Counted from the stretch's first letter, positions 12,311-25,290 are shown. The stretch is 64,000 nucleotides of DNA from Octopus sinensis (GCF_006345805.1 NC_043008.1:63736001-63800000), one strand, 5' to 3'. Numbers and translations are program-made. Notes: generated by a model not told the origin, from the sequence alone.

Positions 12311-12502
12311 TACGACTGGCTGCTGAAAAGTTCATGGCTGTAAGAGTATCATGAAGGGCCTGGTTGGAGCTTAGAAAACCTGAAGGACCACTGCAATAAG
12401 TGTGTGAATCCGAGAGGGGAATATGCTGAATAAAATCATAATTAACTGATCTTCCTGTATTTTCTTTCACTCGAGGCCAGGAACTTTTCAGGATCCCTCA
12501 TA
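12311..12502 (+). mobile_element. Mariner-derived MITE
   Basis: Imperfect TIRs (tacgactggctgctgaaaagttcatggct / gccaggaacttttcaggatccctcata), TA ends, internal K-C-V-x-x-R-G-E-Y-x-E-stop remnant; sister copy at 40458-40684. Confidence 0.75.
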
Positions 12503-12527
12503 TATTTGTATGTGTGTGTGACTCATA

Positions 12528-12761
12528 CTCTCTCTTTTACTCTTTAACTTGTTTCAGTCATTTGACTGTGGCCATGCTGAACCACTGCCTGTAGTCGAGC
12601 ATATCGACCCCAGGACTTATTCTTTGTAAGCCAAGTATTTATTCTATTGGTCTCTTTTGCCGAACTGCTAAGTTACGGGAACGTAAACACACCAGCATCG
12701 GTTGTCAAGCGATGTTGGTAGAGGGACAAACACAGACACACAAACATACACATACACATTG

Positions 12762-12814
<53 letters not shown>

Positions 12815-12982
12815 TGCAACGGGCTTCTTTCAGTTTCCGTCTACCAAATCCACTCACAAGGCTTTGGTCAGCCCAAGGCTATAGTAGAAGACACTTGCCC
12901 AAGGTGCCACGCAGTGGGACTGAACCCGGAACAATGTCGTTCATAAGCAAGCTACTTACCACACAGCCACTCCTATGCCTAT
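12528..12982 (-). mobile_element. Family C composite SINE-like element, full length
   Basis: Reverse complement of 26480-26880: tRNA-like head, internal (CA)/(TA) microsatellite, second module ending CAGTCAAATGACTGAAACAAGT. Confidence 0.9.
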
Positions 12983-13724
12983 GAGTCAATCACACATTTT
13001 TTGAAAGTCAAGCTACCATGACATAATAATAATAATAATATAATAATAATTAACTCATCATATGTCTAGTGACTTCTATGATTACTGAAAGTTGCCACAT
13101 TTCAATTCATGCTCTTTCTCCTTACTTATTGCATAGAGAGATAGATACATGTCAATTGCTAGAATTTTGCACAGAGCAATGTGGTAAAGAAATATATGAT
13201 CGTGATGTAATTGTAAAAGATTGTTAAATAAAAAGCAAGAGTTAGTTTAAAAATGTAAGCCTAAACTAAACATCACCTGTAGAAAGCTGATATGCCCTAC
13301 AGCAAAGCTCACAAACTTCTAACAACTCTTTCATGAAAGTAAATAACCTTCCTGAAATAAGAACCAATTAGATGAGTGCTGCACAAAGGATATCAATATT
13401 AGGACATAAATAGAGTATTGATTTTTTTCGATGAGGAAGAAATTATTGTTTTCTGTTGTTATTGTTGTTGTTTTCCATTTTATTTATTTATCTATTTATT
13501 TATTTATTTATCTATTTTTTTTTGCGAGAGGAATATTGTACTATCAAATTAACTGCTTAGATTTTACAGTAAACGATATGACATAATAAGCATCAACTGG
13601 ATGTAGGAAAGAGACTCATACTACATAATTCTTGTCAATTTTTTCCCCAAATTTACAAAGTAGTCCTACTGTAAATTGGCCACATATAGGTATGATCAAG
13701 TAGTTTAGAAGTGTGCTTCACAAT

Positions 13725-13960
13725 TAAGGTGGCGAGCTGGCAGAAACGTTAGCACACCGGGTGAAATGCTCAGCGGTATTTCGTCTCCCGTTACGTTCTG
13801 AGTTCAAATTCCACCAAGGTCGACTTTGCCTTTCATCCTTTCAGGGTCGATAAACTAAGTACCAGTTATGCACTGGGGTCGATGAAATCGGTTTAATCCC
13901 TCTGTCTGTCCTTGTTTGTCCCCTCTATGTTTAGCCCCTTGTGGGCAATAAAGAAATAAA
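13725..13960 (+). mobile_element. tRNA-derived SINE family B with 13-bp TSD
   Basis: A-box-like AGCTGGCAGAAACGTTAG, B-box-like GAGTTCAAATTCC, core GTCGACTTTGCCTTTCATCCTTTC; TSD TGTGCTTCACAAT at 13712-13724 and 13961-13973. Confidence 0.9.
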
Positions 13961-14119
13961 TGTGCTTCACAATCATAAGTTTCCATGCTTTAATTGGGAT
14001 TTTGAGCAAGTGTTATTTACCTCGTATGAATTGGAGCTTTATGAGTGAATTATTCATCCAATCCTGTCATTCTCCTCTCTCTCTCTCTTACCTATATTTC
14101 TACATCTTTGTTTATGCAC

Positions 14120-14345
14120 TGGTATAGCTGTGGCATCACGGCTAAGTTTGCTCCCCAACCATGTCAGTTCTAGTTCAGTCCCACTGTGTGGCATTTTGGG
14201 CATTTCATACTACAGCCATAGTGTGGTAAATTCATTGAGATTGAATTTGGTGGATAGAAACTGAAAGAAGCCTGTTGTTTTGTATATACATGCATACTTA
14301 TATACATGCATGCATACATATGGAAATAGAAACATACTACATATG
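14120..14345 (+). mobile_element. Degenerate family C head fragments
   Basis: ccaaccatgtcagttctagttcagtcccactgtgtggcattttgggc...gaaactgaaagaagcc. Confidence 0.65.
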
Positions 14346-14419
14346 CATACATACATCTCATGATATGTTGCAGTAGAGTTGTGTGACTCCTTTGGACATG
14401 TATTTAAGGTTATCAGACA

Positions 14420-14960
14420 AGGAATGCTGCTCAAGGAACTGCCTTCCAAGCCTTATGATGTTATCAGCCTCATGTATGCAAACTTAGTCAAGGCATGCAC
14501 TTTGGTACTTGGTGTTAAAAGACGTTGCCAAAGAGGTATGATACAACATTCAAAGGCATTTTTGATTGACGTTAAGCCTCTGCTGCCGTGTTTATGTTTT
14601 AGATAGAGGTGGTCTACATCACAGTTTAAGTGGAACTCATGTGTGCTTGTTAGTAATTTTCAGGTTTTAACATGAATGGCTTGGATCTCATCAAGCATCT
14701 AATCAAGCAACCCAAATGTTGGTATGATTACTGGCACTGTAGACACATTATGGGCTTCTGGTTTATTGAATGCAGAAAATTCTGAGGTCCAAATTTTCTT
14801 TATTCAGCTGTAATATTCTTTAGTGACATGCATTTTTATACAGAAGCCATTGTAAGATATGTTTTCATCCACTCCTAGATATCTGTAACATTCCTCATCA
14901 GATATAGAGGAAATAGTCAAATTATTGATGGATATGTTGCTAGTCTAGTTTACAGTTTTC
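14420..14960 (-). pseudogene. Dong/R4-type RT C-terminal fragment (older, distinct copy)
   Basis: Manual translation: EECYRYLGVDENISY...IKKIWTSEFSAFNK...VPVIIPTFG...KLLTSTHEFHLNCDVDHLYLKHKHGSRGLTSIK, parallel to the 5640-6807 fragment. Confidence 0.75.
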
Positions 14961-14999
14961 CCCCTTTTCACACCCATATATGTATGTATGTATATATTT

Positions 15000-15130
15000 T
15001 ATCAACCCGCCAAAGAATAAAAGACAAAGCTAACCACAGCAGAATTTGAACTCAGAATGTGGAGAGAGATGAAATGCTGCTAAGCATTTTGCTAGTGTGC
15101 CAACAATTTTGCCAGCTTGCTGCGTTTATG
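15000..15130 (-). mobile_element. Family B SINE 5' fragment
   Basis: gaatttgaactcagaatgt...ctaagcattt...ttttgccagctt is the reverse complement of the family B head. Confidence 0.65.
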
Positions 15131-16019
15131 ACTACAAATATTGATATAACCATCTGTGACTGGACTGCAACCTATGAAATTCATTGACAATTCCGTTCAA
15201 CAAATTATCCAACATCTCTTTGCTTTTGAATTCTTTTGAGATAAAAGAAAATTCTTAACTTGAAAACTTATAAGGGTTTGTGACAGGAAATGTAAACCAA
15301 TTGTAAAAATATTGCTTCAAGAAGCTCCCTCATATATTCAATAATTACAAACAGAATTTGTAAGTGGAATATAGAAATATGAAAGACTTCTCTGAAGTTC
15401 AGCATATAACTCTTCACCATTCTGGAAATCTAAATTCCAACAAAGAAATGCAGTTTCTTTGTTAAAATCACCTCAATTCTTAAGAGAAATAATTTATATT
15501 AAAAATGAAGATAGCATACAAAAGCATAGAGACACATATACACATGATTGCACACATACACATGTACAAAAGTATTTAACAGAGAAAGGAAATACTTACA
15601 TAAGTATATGATTAATCACACGAATTATGGTAATATGCATTCATTTATATGAACACACACAAATACACACACATACAAAAGCTCAAAACACATTCAGATA
15701 AACATATACACACGCACTTAAAACACATACATACATATGGAACATATATATACATGCAAAAATGAATGAAAAACACATTTGAAGTATATTTATGTAGATG
15801 AAATAACACATGGTTAATAAAACTGTCAGTGTAGTGAACCTAGTGTTTGGAAGTTATTAATATTTTGAAAATTTCAAATGTTTTCTGTTATTGCTGGGCT
15901 GGTTGTTCTGGATCATAATAAAATTTTATGCTTTTACTGGCACCTCACAGAACTAACCATTCCTGAAAATACCAACAATTCTCTATAGAATTTTATATCA
16001 ATTTTCTCTCTTTCCACAT

Positions 16020-16135
16020 CTCTCTCATTCACTTTTTCTCTTGCTCTCTCTCTTTCTCTGTGTCTCTCTCGCTCTCTTTCTATCTATCTATCTCAATCTG
16101 TCTTTCAATATCTATATATAACAATGTTTTTACTC

Positions 16136-16199
<64 letters not shown>

Positions 16200-16218
16200 C
16201 TATCTATCTATCTATATG

Positions 16219-16270
<52 letters not shown>

Positions 16271-16364
16271 CCTATCTATCTACTTATCTATCTACTTATC
16301 TATCTATATATCTACTTTATCTATCTATCTATCTATATATCTATCTATCTACTTATCTATCTAC

Positions 16365-16434
<70 letters not shown>

Positions 16435-16700
16435 ATCTATCTATCTAAATATCCTTTTCACTTCCCAGTGCTTTGCTAGCTCACACTCTCTATTTCTGTC
16501 TCTCACTTTCTCTTTCACACTCCACACTATCTCTCATATGCTCTACCTGTCTACTTCTCTTTCAAGCTCTTATCTTATCTATTTCCTTCCCTCGTTCCCT
16601 TTCTCTTTCCATCTACCCATTTCTCTCACTCACTATCACACGTACTCCCTTCTCCAAACCCCTCTCTCTCTCACTTTCTCTCTATCAATCTATATAAATG
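16020..16700. repeat. (TCTA)n / CT-rich microsatellite
   Basis: Direct reading. Confidence 0.95.
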
Positions 16701-17159
16701 TGTGATATATGTGCAGCAACCAACAAAATCATAAAATAGCAATTTAATAAATTGTTTCTTGTCGTTATTATCCTTTTACTGTAAATAAATTTCCTATTTG
16801 AAATTTATTAAAATTCAATATAAATTTCTCATAACATTTCACACATACATTAAAACGTTGAGTGTTAACATTAGTTTATGTTTAATAATTATGGGAATTC
16901 TGTTATTTCACTGCCCTCTCTTTAGAAATGTCAGTTAAAGATTAGCATGCTAGGTTTCCTACACACTTTGATGTGGGCACCGATATAACTTCATTGCCTT
17001 TTTATGCAGAATATCTGTGCTTACACAGTTTTTCAAAAACAGGTTCGTGTGTATTTGTTTAGTTAAAGAGAGACAGAGAGAGAGAAAGAGAGAGAGATTA
17101 TATTAATTTATGCTTGTTTATCTTTAAATAAATCATATTTTATTATTTTTTTGAAAGGA

Positions 17160-17288
17160 AGCATCAATATCATCAACATCGTCATCATCATCATCATCAT
17201 TGCCATCATCATTGTCATCATCATCATCATCATCGTCATCATCATCATTTTTATCATTATTTTTATCACCATCAACATCACCATAACG

Positions 17289-17319
<31 letters not shown>

Positions 17320-17480
17320 CCATCACCACCATCCCCCACCTTCACTGACATCATCAGCTTCATCGTCACCGACACCATAATAATCAGCATCATCGTCATC
17401 TTTGTCATCACCACCACCATCATCATCATCGTCATCATCATCATTCCCACCATCATCATTGTCCTTGTCGTCTTTGACAT
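17160..17480. repeat. Degenerate (CAT)n microsatellite
   Basis: Direct reading. Confidence 0.95.
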
Positions 17481-17777
17481 AATTCTGTTTCATCATTGTC
17501 CTCATCTTTATAGTTATCGTTATGTTCATTTTCCATGCAGGTATGGGTTGGATGGGTTGCCACTTAGATGAGTTAGAGGGCCAAGTCTTCTTCATACATT
17601 CCATATTTTTGCCTGATTACTGTGGCTGGAGGCTCTTTATAATACAACCAGTTCACAGAATTTATTAGGTGTATTTTACTGTGACACAAACACCATTAAA
17701 GTTATCATGTCCCTAGCAAGAGTAAAGGTCCTTTAAATAATTAGGCATCTTTACACATTCATGAATCATTTACAGAG

Positions 17778-18028
17778 TGGAGGCACATGGTGTAGTGGTT
17801 AGGGTGTCAGCATCATGATCGTAAGATTGTGGTTTCAATTCCCGGACCGAGCAACACGTTGTATTCTTGAGCAAAACACTTCATTTCACATTGCTCCAGT
17901 AAACTCAGCTGACAAAAATGAGTAACACTGCGATGGACTGGCGTCCCATCTAGCTGGGGAACACATATGCCATTGAAACTGGGAAACCGGGCCAATGAGC
18001 CTGGCTAGGCTTTAAAAGGGCACAAGAA
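17778..18028 (+). mobile_element. tRNA-derived SINE family D with 15-bp TSD
   Basis: Head TGGTGTAGTGGTTAG...GGTTTCAATTCC; core TTCTTGAGCAAAACACTT and CTGCGATGGACTGGCGTCCC; TSD GAATCATTTACAGAG at 17763-17777 and 18029-18043. Confidence 0.9.
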
Positions 18029-18404
18029 GAATCATTTACAGAGAGTGTTGGGTGCATCTTATTATGGCATTAGTATCAAGGATGTTGCGTTGTAGTCCAC
18101 AAGAATGTAAAAAGTTCTTACTGCTTCATGGAATAATGTTTCTTTTAGATAATATCCCAAAGAAAGTAACTAGAAAAGAAAGTGGTTACTAAGAGAGAAA
18201 CAGGGAGAGGGAGCAATGGAAGACAGATACTAATGGAGAAATAGACTGATTTAAATGAGAGGGGAGGGGGATAAACATGGGAGAGATAGAAGAGACAATG
18301 TTAGAAAGAATTATTGGAAGAGAGAAAGAAAGAGTAATGACAGGAAGTAATGGAAGAGACACAATCATGGTAGCTACATATATATGGGTTTTAGATTTCA
18401 TCTC

Positions 18405-18658
18405 GTGGAGACGCGTGGCTTTGTGGTTAGGGTGTTGAACTCATGATCTTAAGGTTGTGGTTTCGATTCCTGGATCGGGCGATGCGTTGTGTTCTTGAGC
18501 AAAACACTTCATTTCCTGTTGCTCCAGTTCACTTAATTGGCAAAAATGAGTAACGCTGCGTAGGACCGGCGTTCCGTCCAGGTGGGGAACTTCTACACCA
18601 CTGAAACCAGGAAAATGGCCCTTATGAGCCTGGCATGGCTTGAGAAGGAACATTTTTT
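18405..18658 (+). mobile_element. Family D SINE with 16-bp TSD
   Basis: Colinear with 17778-18028; TSD TTTTAGATTTCATCTC at 18389-18404 and 18659-18674. Confidence 0.9.
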
Positions 18659-19039
18659 TTTTAGATTTCATCTCATCGATATGAGAGAAATTTCTCTCTT
18701 AGTTGAATTCTTCAGACCCTAATATCAAAAGCTCTTCCAGTAATTCACATAATTATGATTAAGTTCATGTATGTAACTCATATGACACCAATAAACTGAC
18801 ACTCTTCACTGTTGTAATTGTCCAGCTGTACTTGCTTGTTTTCATGACTTATTCTAAAGGGTTAGTTTTGCTCTCATTATCATGAGCTTTTCATTATTTC
18901 TAGAAGCCATTATCATTTCAGGTCTTTGTTTTATATAATCACTTTCTCTCTCTTATTAAGATGTGGAATGTTTCGTTGATTTAACATGTCTATTCCATGT
19001 GTATATGTATGTAATGCATCTGTTTTGAATACATGAATG

Positions 19040-19506
19040 CAAGTATGTATGTAGTTTATGAGTGTGCATGTGTGCGTGTATGTATGTATATGTGTGCATG
19101 TATGTGTGTATCTGTGTGTATATATATATATATTTGTGTGTGTGTGTGTGTCTGTGTGTCTGTGTATCTGTGTCTGTGTGTGTGTATGCATATATATATA
19201 TATATATATATATGTCACTGTATATCTCTTTCCCTATATATACATACATATATGAGTGTGTATATGTGTGTATATATGGTAAATATATATTATACATATA
19301 TATATCTGTATGTATATATATATTTGTGTATGTATATATATTATATACATATATATATATATATATCTATATATATATATATATATATATGTTGCATGTA
19401 TATGTATGTATATATGTATATATATATTTGTGTTGTATATATCTATATATATATATATAATATATCTATATATTATATACATATATATACATATATATGT
19501 ATATAT

Positions 19507-19538
<32 letters not shown>

Positions 19539-19600
19539 CATATATACTATGCATAGGTATTTATGTATCTGTGTGTATATTCCTTGTATGTAGGTGCATC
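19040..19600. repeat. (GT)/(AT) microsatellite mosaic
   Basis: Direct reading. Confidence 0.95.
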
Positions 19601-20176
19601 TCTGTCTAAGTACATACATTCCTTATATATATCAATTATCATTTTAATAGCTGCATTCCTGTCATGACAGGACGAATGTGCATGCTCCAACTATGCACAT
19701 ATACAGATACATGAACACATGCATGCTTACTCACATGGCATACATGTATGCATGCACCTTGTTTTTTTGAGAAATTCAATGAGTTTCAGTGTAACTTAGC
19801 AGGAGCATTGTGTCTGATAACATAAGGAAGCAACAAGCCCTGCTAAGCAATTACAAATCACTTATTCCTCTTGCACTCTCTCTCTCTCTCTATAATATAA
19901 TGTGTGTGTGTGTGTATATATATATATATTATATATATATATATAACATTATTGGTGAATTGAAGAAATGGAGCTGAACGCAGATGAACAGAAATCGTTT
20001 TATTTCATTCTACACGGTTTCGAAAGGCACAAATTACCAAAATCCGATTGAATAATGGGACCATATTATATGGGACCATATTAATCTACTACAAGATTAT
20101 TCATCTTTCTATTTCACATAATATAATATATATAGATGTATAATACATATAATATAATCATATTATATATATATAT

Positions 20177-20552
20177 ACTGCAGTATCGCCCGGCGTTGCT
20201 CAGGTTTTAAGGGAAATAACTATAAAGCATTTTTAGAGAGTTATAGCCAAAAAATAGCAAAAAAATGGAAAAAAATTATGGTAATTTTTTTTGAGAGTGA
20301 AAAAGGTGGAGTTGGTCCCCTAGACGGTCCGTGGTTTGGGTTTCTGATCTTGACCCCATGTCGAATTATCGATTTTTTTCAGAACTGGGGGAACTTTTCA
20401 AAATTTTCGCTGCGTTAGTTTTGAATTATGACATTGGGCTATGTGTGTGTCAAGTTTCATTAGAATCGGTTGAAAGCCGTGGTCAGAGTGAGGGTACGAG
20501 AAAACAGACACACAGAAAACGCACAGACAAACTGCCGTTTATATAGAGAGAT
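20177..20552 (+). mobile_element. Non-autonomous Helitron/Helentron-like (DINE-1/HINE-type) element
   Basis: 5' end ACTGCAGTATCGCCCGGCGTTGCTCAGG with a short hairpin; 3' part AAGTTTCATTAGAATCGGTTGAAA...ACAGACAAACTGCCGTTTATATAGAGAGAT; sits in AT repeats. This end architecture is typical of the class. Confidence 0.65.
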
Positions 20553-20654
20553 ATATATATATATGTATGTACATATACAAACATATATGTATGTATATAT
20601 ATGAATATATATATACATATACACATACATACATATATATATATACACACACAC

Positions 20655-21040
20655 ATATATATTCTATTACTTGTTTCAATCATTTGACTGTGGCCATGCT
20701 GGAGCACCGCCTTTAGTTGAGTAAATCGACTCCCCAGGACTTATTCTTTGTAAGCCTAGTATTTATTCTATCAGGCTCTTTTGGCGAACTGCTAAGTTAT
20801 GGGGATGTGACCACACCTGCATCGGTTGTCAAGCGATGCTGGGGGGGGGACAAACACAGACACACACACACACTCACATATACACATATATTTCAGTTTC
20901 CGTCTACCAAATCCACTCACAAGGCTTTGGTCAGCCCGAGACTACAATAGAAGACACTTGCCCAAGGTGTCACACTGTGGGATTGAACCCAGAACCATGT
21001 AGTTGGTAAGCAAGCTACTTAACACACAGCCACCCCTGCC
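20655..21040 (-). mobile_element. Family C composite SINE-like element
   Basis: Colinear with 12528-12982. Confidence 0.9.
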
Positions 21041-21260
21041 CCTATATATATATATATATATCCTATCTCTCTCTGTCTCTCTCTTTCCTGCCCTTACTTC
21101 CTGCTGTATATTTAAAGTAACTTCACATCATAAGGAGATAGATCTACCTTATCCTATCCTCTTTGCATTTCTACAATTTATTTCAACCATTTTCCAAACT
21201 AGCAGATTTCAGATAAATATAAAGAATTCAGCCATTTTACTAGAATAAGAATGCAAATTT

Positions 21261-21429
21261 ACATTATTTACATTTGACAGATATTTGCCCTCATCTTCTT
21301 CAGCCTTCATCAGGTATCTTGGGGTAAGTTGCCGGCACTCTTAACGGGCATATGGCACAGTGGTTTAGTGCACAGGCTACTACCCCAAGATTCCAAGTTT
21401 GATTCCAGGCAATGACCTGAATAATGATG

Positions 21430-21487
<58 letters not shown>

Positions 21488-21770
21488 TAATAATAGTAAT
21501 AGTAATAATAATAATAATAATAAAAAAATAATAATAATAATAATCATAACAATAATAATAATAATAATAATAATAATTATAATAATAATAACAACATCGA
21601 AAAATACCTTAGGAATGAGAACCCAGGTTTGAAATTTTCCCAAGATACCTGATGAAGGCCGAAGGGAATATCAGCCAAAACATTGTGTTAACAACAAACA
21701 TGAGGACAAATATCCGTCAAATGTAAATAATGTATATAATTCCTCATCTCTTAAATATAGAACTGAATAA
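21261..21770 (+). mobile_element. Composite element: tRNA-like head, (AAT)n, hammerhead-like core, and a partial inverted terminal duplication
   Basis: Head TGGCACAGTGGTTTAG/AGTTTGATTCC at 21352-21406; CTGATGA at 21649-21655; 21261-21324 is an internally deleted reverse complement of 21638-21733. Confidence 0.6.
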
Positions 21771-22692
21771 TGCAAATATTTTGCACATGACTACAAATAA
21801 TTACAGAATACACACTCACACTCTTCAATGTTAATTAACATTTGTTAATTTTGCAGTCATTTGCATATTGATTACTGCCAATCTTTGGCACTGTTGCCTA
21901 AGTCTTTAACAAATAATCACCCTTAATCCTAGCAGTAATCACCAAAATGGAATGGATTCAGTTATCTAAATTGATAGTCGAAATAGGTGTTGGTACAGCT
22001 GTGTAGTTAAGATGTTTGTTTCAGAACCAGGAGGTCAGGGGTTCACTTCCACTCTTTGGATGTTGTCAGCTAGCATTCTATACTGTAACTGCAGGTTAAC
22101 ACTCTTAGTTAAATTATTAAATGGAACTTGAAGAAGCTTGTTATATATAAGTGAACTTCAAAGGAATAAAAGGCAAAGGTGACCATGGAAGCAGTTGAAA
22201 TCATAGTGCTGTGAGTTGGAAGAAATATCATAAAGAATTCTATATGAGACTATACTGATAGATCAGCTCTGCCAGTTCAGTACATTAATTAATTTACTGA
22301 GAAAAAGAAGCTAGAGTAAAAATTCAGTATTTTAATAAATGGAAAAGATTTTGCCATGTTATAAGAATTAAGGGCCAAAATGTTTCATTTTATTACCAGT
22401 AATTATGGAACACACTCTCACAGGTTGTCAGCAACAGACTTTGATGGCTTTGGCATACTAGATGATGATGAGGAAGAGGAAGAGGAAGGAGAAAGAGGAG
22501 AATAACAAAGATGGCCACAACAGCTTTATCAATGATGATGTAGATTACACTAACAATGATGTTGTTGCTATTACTGCTGTTGCTGATGATGATGGCAGTG
22601 TAGTGATAGTGAAGAGAGTGATGATAATGAAGAGGTGATGAGAAAGAGAAGGCAGAAAACAACAATGATTACCACCACCACCAACAGTAAGT

Positions 22693-22875
22693 GGAGGTGC
22701 AATGGCCCAGTGGTTAGAGCAGCGAACTTGCAGTCATAAGAACGCGATTTCAATTCCCGGTCTGGGCATTGTGAGTGTTTATTGAGCAAAAACACTTAAG
22801 CTCCATGAGGCTCCAGTGGTGGGGGAGGGTGGTGAACCCCGCTGTACTCTTTCACCACGACTTTCTCTCACACTT
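22693..22875 (+). mobile_element. tRNA-derived SINE 5' part (related to 35965-36269)
   Basis: TGGCCCAGTGGTTAGAGCAGCG...GATTTCAATTCCCGG...GAGCAAAAACACTTAAGCTCC...CACGACTTTCTCTCACAC. Confidence 0.8.
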
Positions 22876-22899
22876 TCTTCCTACTTCTGCCACAAACCA

Positions 22900-23190
22900 G
22901 TGGGACCATGGTGTGGTAAACTTTCAGACCGTAGTCTAGATTGTGAATCTCCGTACCCCAGGATGGTCCAGCTCACCACCCGTTAAAAGCCACTGTTTAT
23001 GGAATGAAGATAACAACGTACCTTTCGCGCCCGTGCAACCGCCAGTCAATCGCGTGTGGTGGGTGGATCTTCAAGTTGCCGCACGCATTCTTAGTAGCTT
23101 AGAGTAGGCTTGAATTAGAGATTATTCTTTATGGCTAATGGCTTGAGTCCTGATTAGATGAAGAAGAAGAAGAAGAAGAAGAAGAAGACA
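22900..23190 (+). mobile_element. Unclassified CpG-rich retroposon-like segment ending in (GAA)n
   Basis: GC/CpG content well above background; ends GAGTCCTGATTAGAT(GAA)n. Confidence 0.4.
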
Positions 23191-24064
23191 ACAACACCAC
23201 AATCATAATGATGATGACAATAGTGACAATGATGAGGCTGGCGATGATATCATGGTCAATGATGCTGATGATGATGATGGTAATGGTGGTGGTTTGGGTG
23301 GTGATGATAGTGATGGTGGTGGTATTGGTAGTAATAAGAAGGATTGCAACAACCTTAATAACACAGTAGTGACAGCAAGAGCGACAATGATGGTGATGGT
23401 GGTGGTGGTTGTGGTGGGGGTGAGGGTGAGGGTAATGACCATGGTAATGCTGACAATGATGAATAGGATTTGAACTCTTTGCATGGAAATTTAAAACTCA
23501 GTCCCATAACGAACTACATCTGAACTGCCTTTTACTGAGTCACCTCCATAAAATAAACATGATTAAAGGCAATAATTCAAAATATAATGTCTTTAAAATT
23601 AAAGAGAAACACCTTTAATTAGAGTTGCATTTTATTCAAAGCCATTATTGATATTTTCCTCGTACATCAGAAAACCATAAATATAAAAAAAAAATAAGCA
23701 ATAGAAATTGAATATTTAGTTATTTTTATGGAATCTAATATTGATGTGTGTGTTTCTATGGTGATAAAATACTGGACTTCTAGTTAATAAATCATTTATT
23801 TAATTATTTATTTAATGTCCATTTTGCCTTGCTAACATGTGTTGTGCAGGGATGTATTTAAACCTAAATTTAATGGGTGAATGTGATTCATGCCATTGCT
23901 GATCTAAGGATTTGCTATTTCACTGATCTTCTAAAGCACAGAATGGCTAGTCATAATGACCTCAAGAAATATAAATATGCAACAGTTTTACTTAAGTAAA
24001 GACATGAGAGGTCAACATTCACACACGTACATATGCATGCATATGTCCTTTCTACTATAAGCAC

Positions 24065-24275
24065 AAGGCACATGGCTCAGTGGTTAGAGTGTTCAGTTCA
24101 CAATCATTAGGTATTTAGTTCAATTCCTGGACTGAACTGTACTTTTTCACCACAACTTCTCTCAATCTTTCTTCCTGTTTCTGTTGTACCTGAGTTTCAA
24201 AGGGCCAGCCTTGTCACACTGTGTCACGCTGAATCTCCCCGAGAACTACGTTAATGATTTCAATGAGTAAAAGAT
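24065..24275 (+). mobile_element. tRNA-derived SINE, internally deleted
   Basis: GGCACATGGCTCAGTGGTTAGAGTG...AGTTCAATTCCTGG head; CACAACTTCTCTC segment shared with 22860 and 36100. Confidence 0.7.
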
Positions 24276-24392
24276 TTCAAGATATTTATCTAGAACTATA
24301 CACACACACACACAAATATGTATGTATGTATGTATGTATGTATACGTTTGTGCATGTGTGTATAATTATACACACATGCACAAACATGTATG

Positions 24393-24426
<34 letters not shown>

Positions 24427-24433
24427 TACACAC

Positions 24434-24484
<51 letters not shown>

Positions 24485-24990
24485 CAGGGTCCATAAGTTA
24501 TTTGTGGACAGATTTATATTTATCAAAAAACAGATAATAACTTTATTTGTCAAAAATTGCTCTGAGGATAAAAACAAACTTTTTCTATAATGTTATTCAA
24601 TAAAGCCACCTTCACCTTCAACAACTGCTTCTATATGAGATCTAAATCCTCTTCACTTGAATCAAGTGGTCCTGATTCATTTCAGACATTACACTGACTA
24701 TGGTAGCTTTCAAAGAATCTTTGGTGTTATGGGCATGTTCATTGATCTCTCCCTCAACAACGTTCCAAATGTTATTGTCCAATGGATTGAGATCTGGGGA
24801 ATTAGGAGGCCAAATGTTAGGGGTTATATGATCATGAAAATTTTCAGTCACCCATTTCTGTGTTACTAGAGCCATGTGTGACAGTGCAGAGTCTTACTGA
24901 AACATATATGACATTCCATTGCATACACTGTCTATCCAAGACTTAACAATTATTTCTAGGACCTAAATGTAGGTGGCAGAGTTAACTCTA
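24485..24990 (-). pseudogene. Tc1/mariner transposase 3' remnant with right TIR
   Basis: WPPNSPDLNPLDNNIWNVVEGEINEHAHNTKDSLKATIVSVM...GFRSHIEAVVEGEGGFIE; terminus TA-CAGGGT at 24483-24490. Confidence 0.85.
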
Positions 24991-25059
24991 AGGCCTTGTG
25001 GGAAGAAGTAAGGAAGCATCACATATCCTTCATTGCTGTCGACCCCTAAAACCATGACA

Positions 25060-25290
25060 GTTTAACGTCTGTTTTCCATGCTGGCATGTGTTGGACGATT
25101 TGACTGGGGACTGGTGAGCCAGATGGCTGCACCAGGCTCAAATCTGATTGGCATAGTTTCTACAGCTGAATGCCCTTCCTAATGCCAACCACTCCGAGAG
25201 TGTAGTGAGTGCTTTTATGTGCCACCAGTACAAGGGCGGTACTGGTAATGGCCATGCTCAAATGGTGTTTTTACATGTCCCCTGCACGTA
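25060..25290 (-). mobile_element. Family A retroposon 3' part
   Basis: gtttaacgtctgttttccatgctggcatg...ctaatgccaaccactccgagagtgtagt. Confidence 0.85.

Noticed and set aside
20055-20083. 14-bp tandem duplication ATGGGACCATATTA in a TA-flanked fragment (19945-20110)
   Set aside because: Too short to interpret; the TCGAAACCGTGTAG word nearby lacks an upstream CUGANGA.
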